A stretch of 53,137 nt of DNA, the filler included, from Sphacelaria rigidula (taxonomy: Eukaryota), in NCBI GenBank assembly GCA_964200075.2. It is 4 parts of 4 records of this genome, joined end to end, with 100 filler letters (N's around TTAATTAATTAA, not from the genome) between each part and the next. Parts side by side here need not be neighbours in the genome. Positions count along the whole stretch, not along the records: positions 1 to 13,213 come from CAXNAA020003064.1; positions 13,314 to 26,524 come from CAXNAA020003065.1; 2 more parts are not named here. The stretch is one strand, 5' to 3'. A program made the translations under genes and the position numbers. The notes beneath the pieces were generated by a model. The model did not search any database. It saw only the letters and a program-made list of their open reading frames with translations, and was not told where the DNA came from. Shown here piece by piece: positions 11,901-25,100 of the stretch (position 1 is the first letter of the stretch; every line of letters starts with the position of its first letter).

Positions 11901-13117
11901 TTGTAGTTCTTTCTCGCTGTCGCTTTCCAATTTTCGACATGAAAAGTCGAGTGTCTTCACGTCGAAATGAATTAATCGTCAGCGAAGGGGTTCTGCTCAT
12001 ACAACACCATCAGCTCGGTACAACAGCGCGCACCGCCTTCTCAGGAAACTGTCGCACCGCCAGTACCGATCATGACCGTGGTGCTACCGTGTACATCCCA
12101 TCAACAAGTGATTTCTTCTTTTACTCTGTGCATAATTTGGTGCAACTACGTAGTATGTATGGCGGCGGACAAAAATAGCTCAGTAATAGCACATCTTCCA
12201 CCTCCTTCACCCACGACCTCCTCCGGACAGTTCATGGCAAAAAATATGGATTTCGGCCTTCCTCTCCTGGGAAATCTGGTTTCCCTTGTCTCGGGACAGC
12301 AGAACAAGATGTGGGGATCGCGCCTGCAGTGCATGTAGCCATTCATCGATGACTAATTTGTCACACACGAGAACTCGTCCAGTTTTTTCACCATGATGCC
12401 GAGGTGGACATACGTACAGTCGTCAAACTTCGCATAGATGGTCTTCACCCAATCGGCATTTTTCACAGACGACTCGTCACCTTTACTCAATAGTTCGTGT
12501 AAGTACGCAAAGATCAGGGCACATTTCCCAATTTCGTAGTCGTAATGATCGGGAGTAAAACCTCGTGTGTCGAGGGGGTGTTATTGACCACATGTGTTAC
12601 CCCAAAAACACGGGTTTCCGGTCGTACAGTAGCGCAGTGGACATGAAGAAAATAGAATACCTGAATCCATAGAATTGTTGTTTGGGATCGCTTCGATCAA
12701 GTGAACATACGAGTATGAAGGAGCGAGATCCGGGGGCTGTACAATCGTGGGATCCCCGAAGACCGGCGTGCCCGTATCTCGTTTAAAAAATGTGGCAAAT
12801 TAGATTACTTCATCAAAATTTGGGGTCGGGTTATCATGTCTCTCGATTCCCAAAGGTTGGGATCAAGCGGATCAAGCGAAAACCGTGATGAGTTGTGGTA
12901 CCCAAAAAGTCTGAAAATACCGCTTTCAATCGAAAATGTTCTTGTTTGAAGTTCGACCACCGTTGTATATTGAAAGTAAACAAACAGAAGTCAATGAAGA
13001 AACTTGACGGCAAAGGGACCAAAACTGAAAGCAAAGGAACAAAAAGACAGCCGAGCGAAACGCCGAAGAGGAAAAAGAAACCCAGAAAAAAAGGTGAACG
13101 TAAAACATGCAGGAAAC

Positions 13118-13149
<32 letters not shown>

Positions 13150-13213
13150 TGGGGGGGGGGGGGGGAAGGGGCCAAAAGACGAGGGAGAGAAAAAAAAAAA
13201 AAAAACGGAAAAA

Positions 13214-13313
13214 NNNNNNNNNNNNNNNNNNNNNNNNNNNNNNNNNNNNNNNNNNNNTTAATTAATTAANNNNNNNNNNNNNNNNNNNNNNNNNNNNNNN
13301 NNNNNNNNNNNNN
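13214..13313. other. Artificial contig spacer
   Basis: 100 nt of N with a central TTAATTAATTAA six-frame-stop linker. Confidence 0.97.
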
Positions 13314-13622
13314 CTACACGATCAATTTGACACATCACTTGATCGCAACGACGTAGTCAGTCCATTCCAACAAAAGATCCCCTCTTTCAGGAAAAAACGG
13401 TCAGAGCCTGAAACAGTTTCAGTTCCGAAATACCCCCCCAGGCGTAAAAATGCTTTGTGCGGTATCTCACCAACCAGACCGCCGAATTCCTCTAATAGTG
13501 TACTGTACGGTAGCTGCATGCACAGCACGTGTGCTCAAGCAAAAACAAAAGTTGCCTGTAAGAAACGCTAGAGCATCCACTCTGAATCCGATACTACGCT
13601 CTGAATCTCACGAATATGTTGT
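13314..13622 (+). mobile_element. Partial copy of the TA-flanked MITE at 18560-19015
   Basis: Colinear high similarity to 18707-19015, ending in TIR CTCTGAATCTCACGAATATGTTGT followed by TA. Truncated by the contig start. Confidence 0.85.
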
Positions 13623-14112
13623 TAACTGTGATGCCAGACAATAGTGTTGTCAAGAAGGCTTGTAACACACCTCAATCGCCATATTCTCGTCACATAGTTG
13701 CACTACACCAGTAGAATACAGCTTACCAGCACACTCTGGACATTCCACGCCTACAGCCCACCACGCTATGGGGGCACCCTCGCTGTACTTGATCGGTTCT
13801 CTTGGTCCCTAGTAGTTGAACTATCGCCTATCTATGCGTGTATACGGCATTTCCGAGATTCAGGTCCATGCTCCTCTTGGACTATAAAACGGCATGCTTG
13901 GTCCTCGCAGCACGTTCCCATCACCGGTGACAGCGTTTGGGCATGAACGTCATATTTTGAAACAATACATATCTCTACTGCTGAATTACGTGCGAAGGTC
14001 CATGGCGTGTAGTCGTTCAAAGCCGTTTGGAGAACGTGATCTTGGGACCAACCGTCGGCCGCCATTCATGCGTGTGTGTTCGTGTGTTCGTGTGTTCGTG
14101 TGTTCGTTTTGC

Positions 14113-14166
<54 letters not shown>
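14113..14166. repeat. (AAT)n microsatellite
   Basis: About 17 perfect AAT units. Confidence 0.95.
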
Positions 14167-16399
14167 TGTGTATCCCCGTCGCGTTCCTTCCCTGCCCTGT
14201 CCTACCCCGTTCGTACTGCACATACTACGCCATCAGAGTGACGCCATGGCGACACGTGCTTGCCTTTCCCTCCATGTTCTTTTGGGGCGTTGGTACAAGT
14301 AGTATCGGAACTAATTCGTTCGGCTGGGAGGAAACTGGAAGTGCGGCGGCATTGGCTGTGGCAACAATAATTATACCAGCTGTTGATAGCTTTGTGAGCG
14401 GCAAGGGTGCTCGCCAGTTCTATGGCACGGTGAGCAAAACATGAACTTAGGCACAGCTCAATCCGCGCGACTCGTACGAAGATTCTCGAAAGCATGTGGA
14501 GTCAAGATCAGTGCGCATTCGTATAATGTCCCTCCATCCAGTTTATATGTGGGAATCTTGTATGAATCGATGGCGGATGAAACACGGTATGTACTGTGGC
14601 TTCTGGCGTAGGGCGACTACATATTGTTTTCGTGGATATAGTGCGCTGTTCACTCGTGAAATACACACCACTCAGCTGGGCTGAAAGGCCATCGAAATTT
14701 GAAAAAAGAAACGTTGTGCTTGCACTGCAATTCCCGCAAAGGCGGTGCGATGGAAGCGCCACGTGTATGTTTTCAAACATAACACGGTCGTTCAAATCGT
14801 GCACTCCCGTGGTGCCTCCATGTTCGTTGATTTGCGCACGAGCACAGATTGTGATCAAGATGGTGGATATCTCCGAGCAGATAAAGGGAAAGCTTCCATC
14901 GTGTTTCAACACCAAGGTAAGCAGTGGGAGTTGTGTCATACACCTGTGAAGCAAGGTAAAGCTCCGCACACTAACAGGGCGACGGCGCACTGAAAACACG
15001 CGGAAGAAAGCACATGTTGCGCGAGTCACAGCGTATATTGACCGCCTTGAGTCTAACTCATCGGATACCCTCCGCCGCGTTTCCGTCGACGGCCAGGAAA
15101 CGTGGCTATTTGACGACGACGATGACTGGCAACATGACTCATCGTACGGAGATGAGTCGCGTGGAATCGGGATTGCTTCACGCGAAATCGGTGTCGTTTC
15201 AACGGGGGTCAACACCTCTCCGCTCAGCCCCAGCACTTCTTTCACCTTTCGTGCAGCGCGTCCAAATTATGTGAGCCATTTCGAGACGGTACAGTAAAGA
15301 AAAACATATTGTTTTCATCTCGAGGTCGGATTCTTCGCGAAGACGCACTGTGACTTCTCGTTCGACATGAGGCGGGGCGAACGAACCACACCTATCGTAT
15401 CCAAACAGTTTGATACGATGCAGTTATCTCGGGCAACGTTCCGTACTAATAGAATGCTGACATTCAACCGTGCAAAACGTTTCGCAGCCCATCATGCCTT
15501 GAGACTGGGTACCCACGTCCGGAGCGACTGTTCTCAAAAATAGTGACCGATCGTAACCCAACTGTATCCAAGCGCAACTCCGGGTAGCGCTCAACGTGTT
15601 GAAGTGCGATTTCTTCATTTCTTCCGACTGAAACAGTGTTCGTGTGCCCCGCTCAACCATTTTGGGGTGTTGCGATCAATCTCCAACAAATGTCAGGAAT
15701 CAACAACGCCGGCAACCGAATTTGTGCGACCTGTCGCTACAAGCTCCATCGGAGGCCCAGCAGCCCGAGAAATTCTACTCGCCGCAGGGACAACTCGGGC
15801 GTCACACGTAGAGCTGCCGCCGAACGAATCCGGCCTCGAAGAGAAGACTGCGGAAATATTCAAAAATACTTGAGAATATCTTCATTATAGTCTTTAGCGC
15901 ACATGTTTGCGATCGAATCGTTTAGCAACCGTGGTAGTTAATATAGCTTGTCATTCGTCCTTGTCGCCTGGTTGAATTGTTTAGATTGCTTTGCGGGGCC
16001 ATTACACTAAGCTCTGTGCTCCTCGAACTGCTCTGTTGTTCCGAGCGTGCTGCGACGTGTGTGCTCGTCCCCAGAAAGCAAGTCGCGCGACCGGCGTACG
16101 TGAATTCTTGGGGATTTTACTGCGTGTCAAATCTACGGAATTTCTTCGTGACCCGTTGGTTCGTTTTTTTAGGACTAAAGTCTATGTTGAGCCCCATTCC
16201 ATATCTATGTAGAGTGAAGTCGTGCTCCGAAGATGCCGTACTTTCCACCTATCGAGACACAACGCTGAGGTTTCAGCCGCAATGCGGCATGCTAACAGTC
16301 ATTTTCTGTGGTGCAGTATACCGTCATGATTTATTTTCAATCTTTCAATAACCAATGTGTCAACAGCTATGTGAAACCACTTTGAGTTTCTGGACACCT

Positions 16400-16676
16400 T
16401 CTCACCCTCGAGACGAGTCCGCAGTCTCAAGAAATGCATCCATCTTTCCCCCGCATCCATCTTTCCCCCAGTGCCTGCCCGACGTTTTTGACATTGCGGG
16501 TGAGACCAACACTCCCACACAGCGTCAACTCTCGTCGAGCATTCCTTTCTACCCACGTCGTCGCGCTTTCAACGGCAAAAGCTCTGCTAAAAAAAAAACT
16601 ACCTCCCGGGATTCGAATCCGTAACATTCCGCCCGACGTGGTTATCGGCGTACCTATGAAATTACCGGGGCGAATC
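16400..16676 (-). mobile_element. tRNA-derived SINE (degenerate)
   Basis: Minus strand reads CGCCCCGGTAATTTCATAGGTA...GGATTCGAATCCCGGGAGG (A/B-box like). The body resembles the SINE at 10755. Confidence 0.55.
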
Positions 16677-17014
16677 TGCAACGTGCAAAAAAATCACGTT
16701 TCGTTGTATGCCTCGATGCTTCATTTGTTACGACCCGTTGGCAATCAATGCCCAAACAGCTGTGTGTGAAGCAAGGTGATATTGTTCTACCTGCTGCCCC
16801 CAGAACTTTAGATCATTGTGGTCCTTTCCGTTTCATGATCCCCACCTACTAGTATTCCCTCGCCGCCCGACTGGGAATGTTTGTGTCGAGAACCCCAGAC
16901 CTAACGAGCAAGCAAACGACACAACCACACGGATCAGGCGTCAGGCATCAAGCGAGGTGGCATGACCTTGATCTTGGCACAGTCTTGCTTTATCTTATAG
17001 TCTCACAGTATCAC

Positions 17015-17790
17015 CTTGGATTACGTGTTCATCTGGGATATCTGTCTGGTATGTTCGTCTGAGATTTCCACCTAGAATACCCATCCAGAATATACATCCA
17101 TCTGGAATGGAATATCTATTTGAGGTATCCCAGGCGTACATCCCACAAGAATACCCATACCCCAGATGGACATCCCAGGTGGACATCCCACATGGACACC
17201 TATATCCCAGATGGATCGGACATTCCGTGAACATTGTAGCTCAGGTGCACGGTCGTGTATTATCGTGAGACCTCCATCTTAGACATCAGATCCATCTGGA
17301 ATATCAACCACGGATCTTAACATCCCCCAGGGGTGTTCATGCGGGATCACCCCAGCTGGACGTTTACATGCCCCAGGTGGATGTCCCGGGCGGACGTTCA
17401 TGTTCCAGTGGATGTCAATACCCTAGATGGATACCCATATTCGAATAATACCACGGTAGGATTGCAGAAAACATTTACCGATTTTGAATTGTCAAGAGCC
17501 CATTATCTCATGCAAATAAAGACTGTTGAAATATGTGAGAGCACACCACTGGACTAGGGATAATTCGAGTCAATTTCATAACGGGAGTGTCCTAACCCAT
17601 CTCTTGTGCAGCTAACAACATTAGGAGCCCCTTAATGAGGAAGATCTGGGCCCAACTATGCAAACCCTACCGTCGCTTGACTTATCCCGGATAGATTTCT
17701 TAGATCAATTTGACTTCCTAGGTGGACATCCTAGATTGATGTCCATATCCCCGATGGACGTTGATGCCCCGCAGATGGATATCCCAGATG
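17015..17790. repeat. Degenerate short-unit repeat field (ATCCCAGATGGAC-like)
   Basis: Many imperfect copies of CATCCCAG(A/G)TGGA(C/T) in both orientations, interrupted by a unique segment at ~17455-17690. Confidence 0.7.
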
Positions 17791-18559
17791 TAGAACGATA
17801 GCGCACGCCTCCCGCACGATCATCCCCTCTCTCACTCCTTCATCATCCTCGGATCAGAACAGCTATTCTTCCTACTATCTTCAGCAATACACGAGTACAC
17901 GAGGTGAGGATGGACAAATCAAGCAAGCAAATTTTCGTCGGAAATACACCAAAATACAAATTTTTCAAAGAGTGTATATTTTCAACTCCAAGAAGCCTTC
18001 AAGCAAGTTTGGCCCGGACATCGGTATCCCATGCCAACATCCTAACGGAAAATGCACGAGACGTGCTATCCTGCCATGGCCCTTCGACTACTACGAGAGC
18101 TCAGTACAATAGTACTACATGCATGTACAACTGACAACGATAAGGATAACCATGAGTTCGATACGATACTGTAGGTACGGTACGGCACGATTAATGCTGC
18201 ATTTTTAACAGAATAGTGAGGAGCTATTTAATGTATACTTGGTGGCGTGTGAGCGTTAGGCTCCTACCCATTTTACTTTTCGTGTTCGCGTATTTTGCTC
18301 TCAACTGCGGGCAAGCATATGCTTCGAGGAGGCATTCATTTGTGCTCGTTGATCACGCTACTTTGGGGTAAAAATTCTCACACTTAATCCGCTCGTAAAT
18401 ATGTGCCAACTGTGTCTTTCTTCCGTTCGATTTATATTTTTCGTGGGTGTTTTTCGCGCGCTCGGTTTTTGTTTCCTTTTTCTGGGTTTGTGTGGTGCGT
18501 GTCTTAAACGGTTAATTTCGAGTCAAATACTAAGAATATATGTACAATAGTCACATGTA

Positions 18560-19015
18560 ACACCATATTCGTGAGATTCAGAGCGTAGTATCGGATTCAG
18601 AGTGAGACCCGAAACAATCGACTTTCCTGTCGATTTTGACATCGCCACAGTTCGAGGAGAAATGCGCCCAGCTGGTGAAGCGGTGGCTTCAATGAAAGCT
18701 GTCACCTACACGATCAACTTGACATCACTTGATCGCAATGACGTAGTCAGTCCATTGCAACAAAAGATCACCTCTTTCTGGAAAAACCGATTTGTGCGTG
18801 AAACAGTTTTAGTTCCGAAATGTCCCCCAGGCGTAAAAATGCTCTATGCGGTATCTCACCAACCAGACCGCCAAAATCCTCGAACGGGGTACTGCACGGT
18901 AGCTGCATGCGTAGCTCGTGTGCTCAAGCAAAAACAAAAGAAAAGTGCCTGTTAGGAACGCTAGAGCATCGACTCTGAATCTGAAACTACGTTCTGAATC
19001 TCACGAATATGATGG
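18560..19015. mobile_element. Tc1/mariner-type MITE, ~456 bp
   Basis: ~45-bp TIRs ACACCATATTCGTGAGATTCAGAGCGTAGTATCGGATTCAGAG and CTCTGAATCTGAAACTACGTTCTGAATCTCACGAATATGATGG. TA on both flanks. Second copy at 13314. Confidence 0.88.
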
Positions 19016-20029
19016 TAAATGCTACCTTGAACCCGTTTAGGGTGTAGTTTTGAGGCTGTAAACTGGCAGAACTAGGACCATGAGGTGATTAACAGGTGTT
19101 ATTGCATGACACGGTGAAAGAAGAAATGCTCATTTTCTCTCTTACGTGATTGGTGGTCAAGATATATTGATGGCACTGGGATCGTGTACGGTGGGAGCAT
19201 GCTGGCACGGAATGCCAAAACAAGAGTGTAGTGCGCAAGTTGTTCTTGGTTGACCGGAGTTGACACCTGATTTTGCGCGGTTATGTTGACACATCATGGA
19301 TAAACAAGTGTGTAACAGGAAGCAAAGATGCGAAAGATACAGATGACTGTTGAGATGTGAATCTTTGTGGGAATTTTTTTTTCGTTTGATCATAACGGTT
19401 GGTGGAGTAGATATCACTATAGTGATGAGATGTGGTCACTGATCCAATTTTGGATATTTCCCCATATTTTCACTGTGCCGTGTCGAGCCTCAATTCTCGG
19501 TGAGGGTCGATATTTGAAATTGTTCCGCGACAGGTGCGAGCTGAAGTTGGGTGGCGCGGCGAACCGGCAACGAGCACAACCCCCCGCTGTACGGACCTCT
19601 CGGTGGACATCGGTGGAGAGAGGAAACAATGCTCCACGATGCCGACGCCCCCCCATGTCCGCAGCCCGAAACGAGGGGGGCACGAGAGAGACGCAGACCG
19701 TTTGAAAGCAAAACAATGAGGGGGGGACGTAGGATGTCATGTCATCTTGTGCTTTTGATTGCGCGTGTTAACAACAGTTGAGTAAAACTTCGCTCTGCCG
19801 GCTCGCTGTCCGCTAAGTAAAATTCTGGTTGATTGACAGTATGTGTCGGGGGAAAATATTGCTACGCCGGATCGCGATGTAAGACAACAGACGTTACCAA
19901 TTGGTCGGAAAAAATGGTTGAAACTAAAACATATTTGTTTTAGTGTTAGTCAGGGCGGTGGATGAAACCACCAACAGATACAGGTGAGCAGTGGTGAGCA
20001 GTAGACCCAGCTTGTCCAGGACTTGTTTT

Positions 20030-20175
20030 ATTCCAAAATCGGCTGAAAGGCGTCGATTTGAGCTCTGGCAACGCACACTTTGCCTGGGGAGTGTACCCTG
20101 CATCCCCTTGCCCGAGTGTTCTCGGTGTGCCTTGGTCAGGGTTAGGGTTGGGGTTAGCTTTAGGGTTGGCGGCAT
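20030..20175 (-). repeat. Dispersed repeat with telomere-like (CCCTAA)n tract
   Basis: Reverse complement aligns with 42050-42180 (CCCTAACCC...GCACACCGAGAAC...CAAAGTG...AATCG.CGCCT...GCCGATTT). Confidence 0.7.
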
Positions 20176-22189
20176 CTCCATAGTGCGTCAACCATTTTTT
20201 CCGTCCAGTTGGCAGAGAGGCCTCATGTAAGAGTTGCATGGTGTTTGACTACCTTGTTTTTCTGCTCGGAAGATTGATGTTTCGAAGAATTGAAAACAGG
20301 GCATGTGCACCTGGTGATGCGCATGCTGTACTTCGAAAGATCAGAGTGAGGGTTTCTCTGTTCTTTTGTTTGGAAGGTTGATATCTCGGAATTTGAAAAA
20401 TAGGGCATGTGCACTTGATGATGCGCGCGCTGTACTGCAAGATATGCATGAGGGTCTTGACTCTGTACTATGCTGCAGGATATTAATATTTTTCTATTTC
20501 CGGGAGAGCTTATTTTTAAATTCGAATGAGGTACAGAGAGTTTGAAGTACTGTAACTTTTCGAAAAAAGGGGCGCACATGTGATTCCGGTATATATTGTC
20601 ATATGGGGGGCAGGTGCGATTTTTCTCCAACAGTACCTGTTCAATGACGTGAGTGGTCTTGAGAGACATCCCCGCTCACAGGATGAATCGTTGTCTTGAT
20701 TGATTTCCCGTGAGCCTACTACTGAAACGACTGCCCCAGGGGGGTGTTGAGGTGAACAGCCTTTTCAGCGTAGTCTACAGTACTGATCAGCCACGGTACA
20801 GAGGTATAGTATCCGTCTTCACGGGTTGTGACAGTTACATGCGGTGGGATCTGATACCATAGTATGTGTATGTCTTGTACCCACGTACGCAATGTTTGCG
20901 TGTCATGGTGTTGGGGTAGCCACACCCAGACACTTCGTTCTCTTCCTTCTTTTCCTTCCTTGACTTGCTTAGTCAAGCTGTGTAATACTACTCTTCTACA
21001 ACAATATGATCGGCTCAGCCGTGTCCTTTGATCGACTTCATCAGTCGTGTCCAGCTGTCCCTGTTCACGGATCACGTATCAAGGAACACGGCGGTACTAC
21101 CTCCTCACTGCACAGTAGCAGGGTGACAAACCATACGGCAGGACGTGATATCCTTACCCTAAGGCCTGGAACGTGCATAATCGCAAGCGCAATTCCGACT
21201 CATCCTTTTCTATCCTGACTCAGTCTAATAAAAATGTTGTGAACGCATATCAACGTCAAACAACCATTCTACAAAAGATACAACAACCGTGATGACCTTT
21301 CCTTCATCAGGAGAACCATCAGTTTGTAGGGACCCACATTACTTTTCTCTAACCGGTATGCTGGACCACACCAAGTTGGCCATCCTTTGTACTCTAGAAA
21401 ACCAACGCGCCCACTCAGGTCGAACACCAGGCAAGAGAAGAAAAGAACTGGAAATCGGATGACGAATCGGGGCGGCGGGACGGGAAACCAAGCCTCAAGC
21501 AAGCTTCACCTATACAAGTGAGTCTCTCACACACGCATACACACACGTCCATCCACGATAGATCCGGAGTACTGTACAAATGAGAGACACAACCACCGCC
21601 AGCATTAGATACAAATCAACTGAAAACGACCCTTGATGCTCCTTGTCTTGGCGCACGGACAAAAATGAGGCACAAAAAAGCGAGTGGCTAGACACTGTAT
21701 ACGACGTGTTTACGCAGTAAAATCACCACAACGAGAGGATGAGGTTGCCTGATCCGAGATCAAGTGTACCTTCATAATTTTTCACGGGAACTTCCGCCGA
21801 ATCAAGCGAATCATCGTGTATACATCCCCCATCACAGAATGACCCGGTTTATACCGTGCCTTTCCTAGGCTGGGTGCCCGGCAAAATCCAACATCATCAA
21901 AGAATGAAAAGGAGGGGAAGAAAATTCGCACAAGACGGGGGGCGTCGCTAATTTGAGCATATTTTCCATATTGAGGGAAATGGGGGAGAGATCATATGCA
22001 CCTTAGATAAAAGAACTTGTTGGCCCGTAACGTGTCGATTGACCAAACAAGATGCTTCGACAGGTAGATTTCGGAGCATACACTGCGAGCAACGGTGCGT
22101 ATCGTGCTGCACGGACACGTCGGGGTTTTTTTTCATGTCGTATGCATGCAATACTAGCACACGCTCGCAATGTAGACAATGAAAATAGA

Positions 22190-25100
22190 TTACTTGGCGA
22201 GTTCGCTTACGTTGGAGCCCCCTTTTGCAGTCTTGCGGATCAGCGTGCAACACAACACTAGACAAACCACGCCCAAGGCAGCCATGATTCCGATAGCCCA
22301 GCCGGAGACGTCTTTCACAGTCGAAGCCACCTCGCCGTTTTCGCATGTATCGCCAGTTAAAGATGCACCAGCTTCGCCCAAGAAGCCCCGCATGAACGTG
22401 ATCTGCGCATTCTGCGTGTTGACGATGTCTCTGAGCATCGCGGACACCTGGTGTAATGTTGCAGCGCAAGAAACGGAGCATCATCACACGAAAAAAGTGA
22501 CACATCAACGACGGAACAAAATGGCAAAATAATTTTGCGGAAAGTATGAACATTAATAAAAATCGCCATCCCTCATCGTCGTTCGCATTGCCTCGTTCTA
22601 GCGGTTTCAATGTACTCACTGTGCCACACGTGATTGATTAGATTGTAGTACACCAACTGATGATCCTCTGCGAATATTTGCCTTGGTCAAAAGAGATGTG
22701 GGAACCACCACATACAAGGGGAAACTCCCGGAAGTGTCCGTCGAGCTACACCAAAACTTGGAGCGAAAAATAGCCAACGGTTTGAAAATCCAAGGGATGG
22801 TTAGCGGTATTGACGCCTGACACGCACGCTGTCCTATCTGTCTGTCATCTGTCCTCACCCTATTTCGAATGCGATGAAACGGAAAAATGAAACACAAAAC
22901 GCAAGGGTGTTTAGGGCAAAAACACCAGAGACATTTATTTATTCTCCAATCAAATCGAAAACACACCTCCTCGTCCAGCTCATCTTCCCCGGGGTTCTTG
23001 AGCAAGATCCTGGCCATGTTCACGGCGTTTTCATGGTGCGGGATCATCTGCTGCATGAACACCACAGTGTTCGACGCCGAGCTATCCTGCGAAGTTTCAA
23101 AATTCGCCGAGCAGTAACATCGCCCTTACTTAGTATCGTGAGTGCCGGTCCATGTTTCCACCTCCATGTTCGTCGACTGGGGGATCCTTACATAGACTGG
23201 TGATCGTCACGTACCGGTCTTTCCGAGTATATATTTTTGCACGCTTATAATCCCTCTCATTGCTCGCCACGAGTCAGTCCTTGGCTTCGATGATCAACCC
23301 TCTCATCTCTCCCGCCGTACACGCCATACATTTTGGTGTCGCGGATTGTGTAGGCACTATAGCCCGAAAATGGTTCGTCCAACCATTAACCAGATACATG
23401 GTACATGATGGTTTCGTCACCGAGTGGCGCAACGACCAGCCCAGAAGCCCCCAGCTAGATGTGCCGTGCCAGAGGCACATTTCTACGCGATTTGGCTTCA
23501 TTAAGCTAGCTAAAAAATACGTCAAATGTGGACCAATTTTCAAGGGTGTGTAACATACGTAGCCGGTAACACAAAATGATGGTTTGAAACCATTCTCCAA
23601 ATTTGTTTCAGAACCACCACAGTTATTACCATCATGAAGATAATGGCCAGTTATTACTGGTACCATTTCCGAGCTCCGAAAAGCACCCCCGCACGACGTC
23701 GAGAATGACCTGGATGCATCTGCCTGGAAGCCAACCGAACTGGCTGGGGAAAGTTGTACCATACAACCACCAGGGCGCGATGGTGTAGGTTTTGATTACC
23801 TCTGAGCTATGGTTCACCGGGCTGGGCAAAATAAAACTCGCAACAACCTGATGGGGCGGCACACGCTTTTGCGGACAAAAAGGGTGTCTTCCTGAACTTT
23901 GGACATTTTGCCCATTTATTTTATCCGCGTTTCCCGACTGGGAATTCGATTTTGATTAAGAGTGAGGTATGTACGATAAAAAATGCCCCGAACAAGCACG
24001 TTACCATCACGTTCCGAAGAGAACGTTTCAAGGGCAGGTCGAGTAGAGTATACTCAGTTGCGAGGTATTGTGGAAGACGCACTTGAGGTACTCAAATTAG
24101 GGTAGAGTTTGAGGAGTCTTACCGAACAAGCACGTTACCATCACGTTCCGAAGAGAACGTTTCAAGGGCAGGTCGAGTAGAGTATACTCAATTGCGAGGT
24201 ATTGTGGAAGACGCACTTGAGGTACTCAAATTAGGGTAGAGTTTGAGGAGTCTTACCCCAAGAATAACTGGGAAGCGATCCCTAAAACCCTACCCCCAAT
24301 TTGTGTACTGTAAGTGCGACTTTTCAAATACCTCGCAATTGAGTATACTCTATTAGACCTACCCTTGGAATGTTCCCTCGATGATCAAATCAGACGGCCA
24401 GGCATTCGATACCACCGTTGACCGCTTTGATATGCGCTCCCACAAAGTGTGCACCGACAGAATAGTGTCGAAATCTGCTGAGAAGCGAAAAAAATAGCAA
24501 CATGGACGATTGGACGGGTCCCAACACAACTCCCTGTTGATCACAGTCAACACAACAAGGTCTAGGTCAGGTTATCGTTCGATCAAACGCGACGAACAAA
24601 GAAAGGCCTCCGGTACTCACCCTTTCGATGCGCATCTCGTAGTTCATCTTGCAGTCGATAGCGTGCATGCAGCGGTCGAACGAATCGTCGGGGTCACCGC
24701 ATAGGAAGTTCTGATCAGGGCATAGCTCGCTGTCGAACGTTCCTGGGAGTCAACCATCAGTCAAGGGAGTGACGCGAGGAAAACATGAGCAGTTTCGGGA
24801 CGCACGGGCGGGATAAGGGGGAAGGGGGAAGAAGATGGTTCACACGCGAGAACTGACAATGATTGCACAGTTCAACATCAGACCGCAATCGTCATGGTCT
24901 TCGCTCATGCTCATCGAACCCCGTTGCGTACACTATCGAACATCGACATACACCCAACTCCAAGTCCGGAAAGAGGACATAAACACGAAAGAGCGGCTGT
25001 ATACCGTGAAGATAACATACAGATGTGCGTATGCTGGATGACAACTCCGGCTTTCCAGCACGCGAGTTTAAGATTGAACGATACTCCATTGCACATGAAG

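Noticed and set aside
18602..18955. 117-aa ORF as a gene
   Set aside because: It lies entirely within a MITE, starts with GTG, has no domain, and the frame is not preserved in the second copy.
20847..20862. tRNA-Met primer binding site (TGGTATCAGA, minus strand) of an LTR element
   Set aside because: No adjacent LTR end, paired LTR or gag/pol similarity was seen.
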